Shown: positions 1 through 8,916, counted from the stretch's first letter. The stretch: 20,000 nt of DNA from an uncultured virus (IMG/VR IMGVR_UViG_3300029928_000131) (IMGVR_UViG_3300029928_000131); one strand, 5' to 3'. Made by a program: numbers and translations. The notes: generated by a model not told the origin, from the sequence alone.

Positions 1-768
1 GACGCCGTCGTCCAGGAGCTTTTGCGCCTCTTTGTCGATGTCGACATCAGAGGAGGCGTTCTCGGTGAGATGGCGCTCCATCATGCCGAAGAGCTTCTGC
101 GCATCATCGCTACCTACGCGGCGCTGGAAGCTGCCGTCGGCGTCGTAGATGGCTACGCTGTTGACCATGTTTGTCGCGTCCTCCACCGTCTTGGCATCCA
201 TCAGGTTGGATTCGGCCTTGAGCACGATGCTGCGCTCGCTGACGTCTCGGACGGCCACCAGCAGGCCTTTCGGCGTGTAGGTGATGGCGTATTTGTCCTC
301 GGTCTGCTGTGTGGCCAGCGTCCAGACCGTTTCAAAGATTTTATCCAGTGCGACGCCCGCAAATTTGCGGCTGATTTTCACGCCGGTCGACGGCAGCGAT
401 GCAACGGGGATCTCATAGTCGGCGCAGACCTGGCGGGTGATGCTCTCCGGCGTCGCATCGCGGAATTTATAGGTGCCGTCGTTGCGCCGACAGTAGATCC
501 CGCGGTCGAAGCAGGTGAAGCTCATGCTCGTCTCTTCGCTGCCGGCGCTCCTGCGCAGGATCACCCCGTCGAAGATCGCCGTGCCGGAGTCATCCGTCAT
601 CATTACGGCGTCGCCCATCTGAGGGACGGGCAGGCCGGTCGACTCATCAAAGACGATCTCGGCGATGAGCTGACGCACCAGCGTCGACTTATCGCCGCTC
701 CAGGACCAGTTGAGCAGAATGTCCGTAATGCGGCGGGTCGACTGGTCATGTGTCAGATAGATCTCCAT
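1..768 (-). CDS. XkdQ/YqbQ-like baseplate hub protein (3' end outside window)
   Basis: Absent from the ORF track. Manual translation from ATG 768 (TGATG overlap with the LysM gene) is open to base 1: MEIYLTHDQSTRRITDILLNWSWSGDKSTLVRQL...FTCFDRGIYCRRNDGTYKFRDATPESITRQVC. The WSG..R.L motif and the position after XkdP are typical. Confidence 0.8.
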   Translation of the reverse strand, partial: MEIYLTHDQSTRRITDILLNWSWSGDKSTLVRQLIAEIVFDESTGLPVPQMGDAVMMTDDSGTAIFDGVILRRSAGSEETSMSFTCFDRGIYCRRNDGTYKFRDATPESITRQVCADYEIPVASLPSTGVKISRKFAGVALDKIFETVWTLATQQTEDKYAITYTPKGLLVAVRDVSERSIVLKAESNLMDAKTVEDATNMVNSVAIYDADGSFQRRVGSDDAQKLFGMMERHLTENASSDVDIDKEAQKLLDDGV

Positions 769-1424
769 CAGCTGCCTCCCAGAAGAATATCCTTCGGCGG
801 CAGCTTGATCGTCTGCCCGACGTAGATCAGGTGCGGATTGCTGATGCCGTTATATTTGGCAAGGGCGTTGTAATAGGTCGACGTACCGTCGCCGTAGGTG
901 CGCCGGCAAAGCATGCTGAGTGTGTCTCCGGAGACGACGCGGTGATAGGTGATGTCCTTCGCGGCGTCGCTCTTACGGCCGCTGTTGCCGGTATAGCGCG
1001 TCGTGTTGAGCGTTGCGACCTCCTGTGCCTCCAGATCCACGTACTCGCGCAGTGCGATCGTGCAGTAGACGTCGCCTGTGCCGTCCTGTTCCTTTTCGGT
1101 CACGCTTTCAATGTACACAAGCGCGTTGATATCACTTTCCGTCACGATGTATCGCACGGGGATTTTTTCAGCCGCCCAGTAGCGCAGCGGCTCCAGATAA
1201 TAGCCTGGGTCAAGGATCGTCCCAGGCTGGTTGAACGGATAGTCCTGCGAGGGCAGCAGACATTCGATCGTGCCGCTGTGCCGGCTGCGGTTGCCGGGGA
1301 GGTACACGTCGCCGAGCTGCGAAATATTGATGGTCTCAATGTTTTTGCCCGTCGTCCACTCGTAGGAGGACGGCGTGATCGGCAGCGTCAGCACGTCGCC
1401 GTTGGCGATAAAACAGAATTGCAT
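768..1424 (-). CDS. XkdP-like tail-tube initiator with C-terminal LysM domain
   Basis: N-terminal LPITPSSYE motif; C-terminal LysM YHRVVSGDTLSMLCRRTYG...NGISNPHLIYVGQTIKLP; directly after the tape measure gene. Confidence 0.85.
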   Translation of the reverse strand: MQFCFIANGDVLTLPITPSSYEWTTGKNIETINISQLGDVYLPGNRSRHSGTIECLLPSQDYPFNQPGTILDPGYYLEPLRYWAAEKIPVRYIVTESDINALVYIESVTEKEQDGTGDVYCTIALREYVDLEAQEVATLNTTRYTGNSGRKSDAAKDITYHRVVSGDTLSMLCRRTYGDGTSTYYNALAKYNGISNPHLIYVGQTIKLPPKDILLGGS

Positions 1425-1428
1425 GGCA

Positions 1429-3399
1429 CTACCCCCTCATGTTGGCTTCTTCCAGCTTGTTGAGCATTTCTTGCGCTATGCGCTGAACGTCTGCCTCCTC
1501 GCGGATGACAGTACCGTTCATGACGATCTGGATGCCGCCGACGCCGTTTTTCTCCTGTCTGGCTTCACCGGCCGTCAGGACCCGCTCGCCCTCGTGCAGC
1601 AGCGCAGGGAAGTTATCATAGGGTACGTAATCCAGACCAACGGCATAGCTTCCGGCAGAGGGATACATCGTGTTCAGCGGGTCCTCGCTGGCCGACGAGA
1701 ACTGAAACGGATTGCCGATACCTGCCGCGCGGCCTTTGCTGAATTCCTGTCCCAGCGTATAACCGGCGTCCCAATAGGCGCTGTTGAGCGACGTATCGTC
1801 GCGCACAGATTCGATCAGACTCAGCTCCTGCGCGAGCTCTTCGTCCTTGCCTTCGTTGGCGTTATACTCGTTCATGCCGTCGATTTTCGCCTTCATCAGG
1901 ATTCGGCCCATCTCGGCGGCGTTACCTTCAGCCTTGGCAGTCTGATACTCTTCGCTGCTCATAGCGGCGTTCATGGCGTCGCGGATATATTTTTCCTTGG
2001 CATTCTCAAGAGAGGCTTTCCATTCGCCGATCGCAGTGTAGGCCTCCTGCATCTCCTGGCCTTTCTGACTGGAGAGCCATCTCTTCTGATCCTGCATCCC
2101 CTGCATGCGCGTCTGGTTGTAGCCTTCGCCCATGGCGTTGTCGAGCTCCTGCTGTAAACCCTCGATGGTCGAAGAAAGGCCGCTGAAGGTTTTGGACTGC
2201 GCTGCCATCGACCCGGCAAAGCTGTCCGAGAGCGCGTCCAGAATGATCCTGGCAGCGTCCTGTCCGGCAACTTGACCCTTGGAGATCATGCTGTACATCG
2301 TGCCCTGATCCACGCCGTAGGCGTCAGAGAGCATTCCGACCGCGCCGATACCGCGGTCATTGAGGATGTTGAGGTATTCGAGCGTCGTCTTGTTGCTGCT
2401 CTTCATGCGGCCGATGGCGGTAGCCACGGCAGTCATATCACTCGTAGACTGACCGAGCGCCGCGCCGGCGTCGCCGATGGTCTGCAAGACCGGCAGGATG
2501 CTGTCTGCATCATAGCCGTAGGTCGCGAGCGTCTTGCTCATGCTCGTCAGGTCGTCATAGAGAAACGGCGTCGAGTTGGCCATGCCGACAAGGTTTGTGA
2601 GATAGCTGTCCGCGGTCTCTTTGCTGCCGAACAGCGTTGCGAAGGAGATCTTGTCGGTCTCGCGCCCCGCGGCGATCGAGCTGCCGCTCGTCAGCGACTC
2701 GCTCTGCGCGTCCAGCTGCTCCTGCACAGCGTCCTGTACGTAGGATTTGAAAGAGGAATCCTGCGATTCGTAGCTCTGCGAATACCCGCTAATACCACCA
2801 GAGATAGCGCCAACGCCCGCGCCGATCAGCGTACCCATCGGCCCGAATGCTGACCCAGTTATTGCGCCGGAAAGCACGGAGGAGATCATGCTGGATGCAA
2901 TGGCACCGGAATCGCTCCCGATTGCACTGCCGATTTTTGCGTTCAGGGCGCCTTGTGCTGCGCTGCCTATTGTCTGAGCCGCTTGCATAGTAACGAGTGC
3001 ATTTGTGATCGACTTGAAGCCGCCGCCTATGCCGCCCGAGCTATTCATGGACTTATTGGCTTTCGTGTCAAGGTTCTCGATCTCCTTGCGGGCCTTTTCG
3101 GCTTCCTTGCTGACGGAACGGAACTGATAGGATAAGTTATCGAAGTTCGCCTGTGCGGCCTCCATCTTGAGACCATCCATGGCATCCTGCGTCTCATTGA
3201 ATTTTTTCTTTGCTTCGGTCAGCTCTTTTTTCGCTTTATCGAAATTTGCGTTGAGCGTTGCTTTCTCTTTACTGAGAGAATGCGCTTTGTCCTGAAGCTC
3301 ACGGAGCTTACTGCCGAGATCGGCGGCGTTCTTCGCAATCGTCTTCATCCCATCAGAAGACTTGTCTTGCGTTTTGATCACGATTGAGGTTTCTGGCAA
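1429..3399 (-). CDS. Tail tape measure protein
   Basis: Coiled-coil N-terminus, Gly/Ala-rich hydrophobic segment, tape-measure domain (FATLFGSKETADSYL..MANSTPF) and C-terminal YAVGLDYVPYDNFPALLHEGERVLT motif. TTG at 3399 with RBS GGCGGTG is preferred; GTG at 3408 is the alternative. Confidence 0.9.
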   Translation of the reverse strand: MPETSIVIKTQDKSSDGMKTIAKNAADLGSKLRELQDKAHSLSKEKATLNANFDKAKKELTEAKKKFNETQDAMDGLKMEAAQANFDNLSYQFRSVSKEAEKARKEIENLDTKANKSMNSSGGIGGGFKSITNALVTMQAAQTIGSAAQGALNAKIGSAIGSDSGAIASSMISSVLSGAITGSAFGPMGTLIGAGVGAISGGISGYSQSYESQDSSFKSYVQDAVQEQLDAQSESLTSGSSIAAGRETDKISFATLFGSKETADSYLTNLVGMANSTPFLYDDLTSMSKTLATYGYDADSILPVLQTIGDAGAALGQSTSDMTAVATAIGRMKSSNKTTLEYLNILNDRGIGAVGMLSDAYGVDQGTMYSMISKGQVAGQDAARIILDALSDSFAGSMAAQSKTFSGLSSTIEGLQQELDNAMGEGYNQTRMQGMQDQKRWLSSQKGQEMQEAYTAIGEWKASLENAKEKYIRDAMNAAMSSEEYQTAKAEGNAAEMGRILMKAKIDGMNEYNANEGKDEELAQELSLIESVRDDTSLNSAYWDAGYTLGQEFSKGRAAGIGNPFQFSSASEDPLNTMYPSAGSYAVGLDYVPYDNFPALLHEGERVLTAGEARQEKNGVGGIQIVMNGTVIREEADVQRIAQEMLNKLEEANMRG

Positions 3400-3418
3400 T
3401 TCTTTCACCGCCCTATCA

Positions 3419-3446
3419 TTGACTTTGTTGAGAAAATACGTATAAT
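3419..3446 (+). promoter_or_regulatory. sigmaA-type promoter, antisense to the tail operon
   Basis: TTGACT (3419-3424), 16-nt spacer, perfect TATAAT (3441-3446), in an AT-rich patch. Confidence 0.7.
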
Positions 3447-3468
3447 GAAAGCAAGGAGCGTGATACCT

Positions 3469-3540
3469 ATGACGAAGACATCCCTCATCACGATAACAGC
3501 CTCACTTCTGATCGTAGTATTGATTTTACTTTTTGTTTAG
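3469..3540 (+). CDS. 23-aa hydrophobic single-helix peptide (moron) MTKTSLITITASLLIVVLILLFV
   Basis: RBS AAGGAG 3453-3458, ATG 3469, TAG 3538-3540; flanked by a promoter and a terminator. Confidence 0.6.
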   Translation: MTKTSLITITASLLIVVLILLFV

Positions 3541-3546
3541 AGCTTC

Positions 3547-3575
3547 AGCCGTCCAATCGGGCGGCTTTATTTTTT
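3547..3575 (+). terminator. Intrinsic terminator of the antisense minigene
   Basis: Stem AGCCGTCC / loop AATC / GGGCGGCT (one G-U pair) followed by TTATTTTTT. Confidence 0.75.
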
Positions 3576-3767
3576 GCCCCGCGTGACCTTGATGGCTTTG
3601 CCGCGCGGTGCGGGGCGGCCGCGTGAAGCAGCCTCATAGGAGGACAGCGCCCAGATGAGGTCCTTTTCCCCCTGCGGGCGGTTATAGTAGTCGCCCGGCA
3701 GGATGCCGTGCACATGGAAAAGGTAGTAGGCAAGCCCCAGCTCCGGGTCGCTGCCCTCCGTCAGGCG
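3567..3767 (-). CDS. -1 frameshift extension of the tail assembly chaperone (gpGT-like)
   Basis: After slippery A AAA AAC (3773-3767) the -1 frame reads RLTEGSDPELGLAYYLFHVHGILPGDYYNRPQGEKDLIWALSSYE...TRGKK* to TAA at 3569-3567. Confidence 0.75.
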   Translation of the reverse strand, partial: RLTEGSDPELGLAYYLFHVHGILPGDYYNRPQGEKDLIWALSSYEAASRGRPAPRGKAIKVTRGKK

Positions 3768-4180
3768 TTTTTTACCTTTTCGATGGTCGCGCGGCGATAG
3801 CCGCTCAATCGCTCAACCTCGCGGCTCAGATCGGCGATCTCGCCGGGCAGCAGCATCGCCTTGAGCGTCTCCGCCGGCGTGATCCCGCCAAATTTGTGCT
3901 GCAGCGGCGCGCTCTTCAGGTCGGGATCAACACAGCCCGCCAGCAGGATCTGAAGCTCGGCGTCCTGCTCAAGGCGGCTGATGTCCTGCACGCGCCCGTA
4001 GGGCAGGGCCTGCAGCGTGAAGATGACCGGCGCGCCGGCCGCCTCGCTCAGGCGCGGGATCTCAAACTTGGCCGTCGGCAGGTGCTTTGCCACATTGACG
4101 ACCTTTTCGCCCAGCAGCAGATCCAGCACAGACGGCTGCTCTTCTGCGGCGGCGTTCGGATTGACGATGGTATTTTCCAT
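3761..4180 (-). CDS. XkdN-like tail assembly chaperone
   Basis: LLPGEIADLSREVERLSGY motif; lies between tube and tape measure. ATG 4180 has RBS GGAGG (the track's start at 4192 is probably too long). Confidence 0.85.
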   Translation of the reverse strand: MENTIVNPNAAAEEQPSVLDLLLGEKVVNVAKHLPTAKFEIPRLSEAAGAPVIFTLQALPYGRVQDISRLEQDAELQILLAGCVDPDLKSAPLQHKFGGITPAETLKAMLLPGEIADLSREVERLSGYRRATIEKVKNA

Positions 4181-4201
4181 AATTTCCTCCAAATTTGACT
4201 A

Positions 4202-4237
4202 TGCGCAGCGCCGCCGGTCTCCCGACGGTGCTGCGCA
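4202..4237 (-). other. Intergenic GC-rich stem-loop after the tail tube gene
   Basis: Minus strand TGCGCAGCACCGTCGG-GAGA-CCGGCGGCGCTGCGCA: 16-position stem with one mismatch and one G-U, GNRA loop, no U-tract on the coding strand. Confidence 0.65.
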
Positions 4238-4243
4238 ATATTT

Positions 4244-4672
4244 TCAGGTGTCCAGCATCTGATAGTCGTTGAACGTGAACGGGGACTCGATCTGCCCGAG
4301 CTTTGCCGCCTCCCAGTCGGCCAGCGTCAGGTCGTCAAAGCTGACGCCCATGAGCGCGATGCGCTGGTTGTTCGGGTTGTCGGGGTCGTCCAGATTGCTG
4401 ATGATCGTGTGGCGCAGATCCTTGCCGGTCTTGAGCGCCTCGCCCTCCAGCTCGATGAGGCGGGATGTCGCGTTGTAAATGCGGATAGAGCCGGTGCCCT
4501 TGGTGGATACGAGCTTGCTGTCCTCCATCATGGCGCGGCAGCGGGGAACGCTCTCCTTCGTCTTGCTGATCTTGGCTTGGCAGCCGTAGCACTCGGCGAC
4601 CTGCTCGCCGTCGATCCACAGGCTGCCCCATGTGCCGCTGCGTACCAGCGCGGCGTCAATAGATTCACTCAT
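4244..4672 (-). CDS. XkdM-like tail tube protein
   Basis: SGTWGSLWIDGE, LDDPD, GVSFDDLTLADWE and ESPFTFNDY motifs; RBS AGGAGG. Confidence 0.9.
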   Translation of the reverse strand: MSESIDAALVRSGTWGSLWIDGEQVAECYGCQAKISKTKESVPRCRAMMEDSKLVSTKGTGSIRIYNATSRLIELEGEALKTGKDLRHTIISNLDDPDNPNNQRIALMGVSFDDLTLADWEAAKLGQIESPFTFNDYQMLDT

Positions 4673-4687
4673 GTGCGTTTCCTCCTA

Positions 4688-5794
4688 TCAGGCTGCAATG
4701 ACGCTCGGCGAGACTTCGAACACGATGGCGAAGTCTTCCATGGCGTCCATGATGTTACCGTAGAGCTTCAGGAACACCTTGCTGCCAGTGTTTTCCTTGA
4801 TGACCTCATTGTCGCTGAGCTTCTTGATGCGCTCTGCCTCGGTGACATCGTCACCGGCGGCGGTGATGAGATAGCTGCGCGTCGCATCGGCGTCGAGCAC
4901 AGCGCCGGACGAGCCGCTCTCCAGCACCTTGGAGTCCTCCAGACTCTTGAGGTAGTCCTGCATCGCCAGCAGCAGCACGCATTTGTCGTCGTAGGTGTTG
5001 GCGCACTTGCCGAAATAGTCGTCCTCGACGCTCGAGACGGCATAGTAGCGGATCAGGTCAATGGCCGCGGTCATCTTGATCTTCTTGAGCGCTTCGGGTT
5101 CCGTGTCGCCGATGGTGACCTTGCTGGTCACGGCGCGGCTCAGCTTGCGCACGCGGCCGTCGTCGATGATGAAGAGCTTACCGGCGTCGACCGCTGTGTC
5201 AGGGCTCTCGGTCGCCGTCACGCCGGTCACCTCGCTCAGCTGCGCATAGGTCGCGCTGCACTGTGCGGGCGTACCGGCCAGCATACCGGCAATACGTGAG
5301 CAGTAAGCCGCGGCTGAGAAAGCCGTCTTGCCGCCGGCGGCGATACCCGCGGATACAAAGTTGATGACGCCCTCATAGTCTGCTGCCGTGTTCGGCAGCA
5401 CCGCCTTGCCGATGTAGCGCAGCTTGCGGCGCTCCTTAACGAGCGCAGCGAGCGCCGTGGCGTCGTCGGCGGAGATATCGGGCGGGCCCGCGATGTAGTC
5501 GTAGGTGTAAGCCGCCAGTGCGCCGAAGCCCGCTGCGATCGTTCCGGCTGCCGGCACGACGGAGACGTACACAGCGCTCGGACGGTTGATATAGCCCATC
5601 AGCGCACGCTTGATGTATGCGATATTGTCCGCGCCGAGCGTCGTCGGGATATCGCTCTCCTGGCAAACAACGTGCACGCCGTTTGCTTTACTGTCGCGCA
5701 GGATCAGCGCGACAGCGCCGCGGGAAATGCGGGTGGATACCGTCTCCGCGGCCTTCTTCAGGGTAAAAGTGAGTTCAGGCAGTCCCATACTCAT
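4688..5794 (-). CDS. Contractile tail sheath protein (XkdK-like)
   Basis: MGLP..TF N-terminus, RGAVALILRD, YCSRIAGMLAG, KKIK...IDLI and MDAMED C-terminus. Confidence 0.9.
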   Translation of the reverse strand: MSMGLPELTFTLKKAAETVSTRISRGAVALILRDSKANGVHVVCQESDIPTTLGADNIAYIKRALMGYINRPSAVYVSVVPAAGTIAAGFGALAAYTYDYIAGPPDISADDATALAALVKERRKLRYIGKAVLPNTAADYEGVINFVSAGIAAGGKTAFSAAAYCSRIAGMLAGTPAQCSATYAQLSEVTGVTATESPDTAVDAGKLFIIDDGRVRKLSRAVTSKVTIGDTEPEALKKIKMTAAIDLIRYYAVSSVEDDYFGKCANTYDDKCVLLLAMQDYLKSLEDSKVLESGSSGAVLDADATRSYLITAAGDDVTEAERIKKLSDNEVIKENTGSKVFLKLYGNIMDAMEDFAIVFEVSPSVIAA

Positions 5795-6261
5795 TCGCTC
5801 CTTTGATAAATTTCTCCGCCGTTTACCTGCACGGAGATCTGGTAAGAATCCGCCGCCGGGATCTCCGGCGCGGTCTCCTCATTGCTTTCCATAAATTCAA
5901 AATTCAGCAGAATAGCGGCTCTGTCAATGTCCCGCGGCATACTCTGCAGCTGCGGCAGCAGCCTGCGCGCCCCCACGTGCAGGACCTGCATCATGAGCTT
6001 CAGGCACGCCGATACATCGTTGTTGAGTCTTGCCCAGCTGATGTCATAGTGCTCGTCGGCCTCATCGTGCAGTGTGAGCCGGATCTGCACGTTCCGCTTC
6101 GTCATGCGCCGCGTGACCGGCGTGCGGTCGTCGCGAGTGACCTCCAGCCAGAAGGAGGGACGCTCATAGTCCTCCGGGCAGACGTTGATGTAGACGGTGC
6201 GCTCAGGCCATTTTTCCAGCAGACGCGCATTGACGGCGTCCAGGATCTCTGTGCTGTTCAT
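5791..6261 (-). CDS. Tail terminator / neck protein
   Basis: VY..CPEDYERPSFWLE motif; position between HK97 gp10-like and sheath genes; 4-nt overlaps on both sides. Confidence 0.65.
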   Translation of the reverse strand: MNSTEILDAVNARLLEKWPERTVYINVCPEDYERPSFWLEVTRDDRTPVTRRMTKRNVQIRLTLHDEADEHYDISWARLNNDVSACLKLMMQVLHVGARRLLPQLQSMPRDIDRAAILLNFEFMESNEETAPEIPAADSYQISVQVNGGEIYQRSE

Positions 6262-6716
6262 CCGTTCCCCTCCAGATAGGCCATGGCCTTCTTCTCGATT
6301 TCCTTTGCACCTTCTTCGGTCAGGCGGCGTGCGACATCCGCATTTGTCATGCGGTACATATACTTTCCGGGGACAAAATCTTTCTTTGCACGACTTTCCC
6401 GCTTCCTCATGGCATACGAGGTCGGGACTCGTATTTTGTGCCCATTTTCGAGCGCGTTGGTGATGTAACCGGCTGCATCGCCATGCAAATAGGTTTTTGC
6501 CTTGGCACGAACGGCAGCATAGCCGCCGCCGGAACCGACATACTGGCTCTGCACGTTTGCCACGTAGCCTCTGCCGCCGATACGGCGCTGTACCGTGGAA
6601 AGCATCTCGCGTCCGGCCTCCTCGAAGAACTCGCTGCGCGCCTTCTTCATGGCCTCCGGATAGCCCTCCAGCTTTTTCTGGACTTCTTTCAGCCCGCTGA
6701 TCTCAACGCTCTGCAT
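6258..6716 (-). CDS. HK97 gp10-like neck protein
   Basis: VEISGLKEVQKKLE N-terminus, LENGH and FVPGKYM motifs. Confidence 0.7.
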   Translation of the reverse strand: MQSVEISGLKEVQKKLEGYPEAMKKARSEFFEEAGREMLSTVQRRIGGRGYVANVQSQYVGSGGGYAAVRAKAKTYLHGDAAGYITNALENGHKIRVPTSYAMRKRESRAKKDFVPGKYMYRMTNADVARRLTEEGAKEIEKKAMAYLEGNG

Positions 6717-7340
6717 TTATGCCTCCCAGCTGCGCTCGACCACGTACTCGTTCTTGTATGGGTCAAGGTCGAGCACCTGACGCACGGTGTACGGCGCTTC
6801 CTCTGCGTGCTGTACCAAATCACCGGCGCGCAGCACGATGACCTTCGGCGTCACCAGCACGCGCTGCTGCACCTCCGCGCGGTAGACGTCGTCCGCTTCA
6901 TTGCGGAAATATTTCTCCGTCAGGATGCCGGGGAAGGTGAAGCTCGGAACGCTCACGGCGACCGGACGGTTATAAGCGTCGCGTCCCGTCCGGTCCTGCG
7001 GCCGTGCTGTCAGTGTTGCGGGGTCACATACAGCCGCGCGGATCTCCTGCCGGCTGCGGTCGTCCGACAGCACGATCGACGTCAGAAAGAGAAACTGCTC
7101 GCCGAGCCGCACGGCCCCGTGCAGTGTGAGCAGCCGGTCGGGCCGGATGACGATGCTTGCCCCGCGTGCGCCGATGCCGACGCTCGAAAACAGGTTGCTG
7201 CGCTCCTCGAAGGTCACGCCGCCCCAGCAGACGCGCCGCACCTCCCAGGTATAGGCTGCCTTTTCTTGGTCAAACCGCAGTTCCAGCAGCTCAAGGCGCT
7301 GCCGCAGATCGTCTGCGAGCAAAGTCCCTTTCTGCGCCAT
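6717..7340 (-). CDS. Head-closure / head-tail adaptor, apparently two tandem domains
   Basis: LRQRLELL..W...CW start typical of SPP1 gp16-like proteins; 207 aa, roughly twice the usual length. Confidence 0.6.
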   Translation of the reverse strand: MAQKGTLLADDLRQRLELLELRFDQEKAAYTWEVRRVCWGGVTFEERSNLFSSVGIGARGASIVIRPDRLLTLHGAVRLGEQFLFLTSIVLSDDRSRQEIRAAVCDPATLTARPQDRTGRDAYNRPVAVSVPSFTFPGILTEKYFRNEADDVYRAEVQQRVLVTPKVIVLRAGDLVQHAEEAPYTVRQVLDLDPYKNEYVVERSWEA

Positions 7341-7353
7341 CGCTCATTCCTCC

Positions 7354-7665
7354 TCAGGAACCGGTGTCCGAATCGGACACCGGTTCGCTCAGCTTCAGCT
7401 GGTTCATCATGCGGCGGAAAGCGGGATTGTCGGCAACCACCGTGCCGGCAAAGCTCACGTCGCGCCGGTCATACATGTCGAGCACCAGGTAATTGACGCA
7501 CAGGTCGTACTGCGCTGCGCGCGGAGAGCCGCTTTCAGGCGCGCAGACGCCTGCGGTCTCCATGTACCCGACCGCCGCCGCGAAAAAGCCGTCGAGCAGC
7601 GCATCGTCATCATCCACGCGGCAATACTCCGCCAGCGCCCTCCGGCGCTCGTCCGTCAGCTCCAT
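7354..7665 (-). CDS. Head-tail connector (HK97 gp6 / SPP1 gp15-like)
   Basis: YCRVDDDDALL...AAVGYM...LVLDMYDRR; follows the major capsid gene. Confidence 0.8.
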   Translation of the reverse strand: MELTDERRRALAEYCRVDDDDALLDGFFAAAVGYMETAGVCAPESGSPRAAQYDLCVNYLVLDMYDRRDVSFAGTVVADNPAFRRMMNQLKLSEPVSDSDTGS

Positions 7666-7671
7666 CGGTTA

Positions 7672-8916
7672 TCAGCCGCCGCTCGCGGCCTTCGGCAGCG
7701 TCGCCACGACAAAGCCCTTGTCAACGATCAGGTTGCCGCCGACCATCGCGTCGCCCAGGATCGTGAGCATGCGCTCCTCGCCCTTGATGCTCTCGTCCAC
7801 GCGGACGGTGAAATCGCCGAACAGACCGAGCTCATAGTTGCTCGGGTCACCGTAGAGCATCGTCTGAATTGCCGCGCTGGTAGACTGCGTCGCGCCGGAC
7901 AGGCTCGTCAGATCGGGCAGGATCGTGTACGGGATGACCGTGCCGCCGTCCTCAATGGTGCCGATGTTGGGGTTGCCCGCATCGTAGCGGATCTTGAACA
8001 CGCGCTCCTTGTCGTTGTTGCGCAGCTTGCCGATGGCTTTCAGGTCGGCCTTGGTCAGGTAGAGACGCGCGTTCTGGCCGATGGCGTCGTCGCTGCCGTA
8101 AGCGAAGAACAGCTCGTCGAGAATGTTCTCGTCGATGGCCGTCACGTCGACAGAGGCGAAGATTGCGCTGCCTGCCACGTTCTTGGCGTTCTTGATGCCG
8201 TACATATCGGGCGATGCCTGGCCGTCGCCGTTGGCGATCAGGCCGCAGGCCTTGCGGCGCATCGCACGCAGCGCCATACCGTAGATCTTGTCGTAGTAGC
8301 CCGCGGGGCTCAGACGGGAGATGTTGCGGTCGACGTAGCTCGTAGTGTTCAGCTCATAGGGGCTGATCTTGGCCACGCCGAAGGTCGGATCGCTCGAGGC
8401 GGTACGTGCCTTGCCCGCGTTGGTCGAGACCTTACCGCCCTTAGCGTCCAGCTCGCTGATGACATAGGGCTCCAGGAACGAGCCCATACCGGTCAGATCC
8501 TGCACGTAGACCTGGTCGATGATGGAGCTGACCATATTGCCGATTCCGTCGCGGATGTTGCGGCCCGCGCCCGTGGGCTCGACCAGCGTAGTAGTGGCCA
8601 GCGTGATGGACTTACTGGCGAGATACAAGCCCTTGCGCACTTCCTGCGCGCTCAGGGCGATGCTGCCGCCCTTCATCAGGATATTGCCGCGCTCGGCGGC
8701 CTTGTCCTTTACTTCTTTCGGATCTTCCTTGCGTTCCAGGAACTGGCGGTCCTGCTCGTCGATGAGGGCCTTGACCTCCGTGATCTCGTCGTTGATGTTG
8801 CTGATCTCAGCCATCTTGGACTTGTAGTCCTCGTGCTTGCCGTCTTTCAGCAGCGTTTCGGCCTCCGTCAGCATGCCGGCGCGCTTCGCCAGCAGGTCAT
8901 TGTACTTTCTGCGCAT
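7672..8916 (-). CDS. HK97-fold major capsid protein with N-terminal delta (scaffold) domain
   Basis: Coiled-coil N-terminus, NGDG motif, YGDPSNY; RBS GAGGAGG; follows the protease. Confidence 0.88.
   Translation of the reverse strand: MRRKYNDLLAKRAGMLTEAETLLKDGKHEDYKSKMAEISNINDEITEVKALIDEQDRQFLERKEDPKEVKDKAAERGNILMKGGSIALSAQEVRKGLYLASKSITLATTTLVEPTGAGRNIRDGIGNMVSSIIDQVYVQDLTGMGSFLEPYVISELDAKGGKVSTNAGKARTASSDPTFGVAKISPYELNTTSYVDRNISRLSPAGYYDKIYGMALRAMRRKACGLIANGDGQASPDMYGIKNAKNVAGSAIFASVDVTAIDENILDELFFAYGSDDAIGQNARLYLTKADLKAIGKLRNNDKERVFKIRYDAGNPNIGTIEDGGTVIPYTILPDLTSLSGATQSTSAAIQTMLYGDPSNYELGLFGDFTVRVDESIKGEERMLTILGDAMVGGNLIVDKGFVVATLPKAASGG

Noticed and set aside
2750..3400. Lower GC in the 5' tape-measure gene as a sign of co-exchange with the moron
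   Set aside because: Can be explained by Lys/Glu/Asn-rich coiled-coil composition; not testable without homologs.
3545..3733. Track ORF 3545..3733 (-) MPTTFSMC...
   Set aside because: Wrong frame; the protein-like sequence is in the -1 frameshift frame ending at 3567.
1..7340. Stand-alone tailocin / PBSX-like bacteriocin interpretation
   Set aside because: Intact-looking capsid, portal, protease and terminase genes are contiguous with the tail genes, so this is a full phage morphogenesis module.
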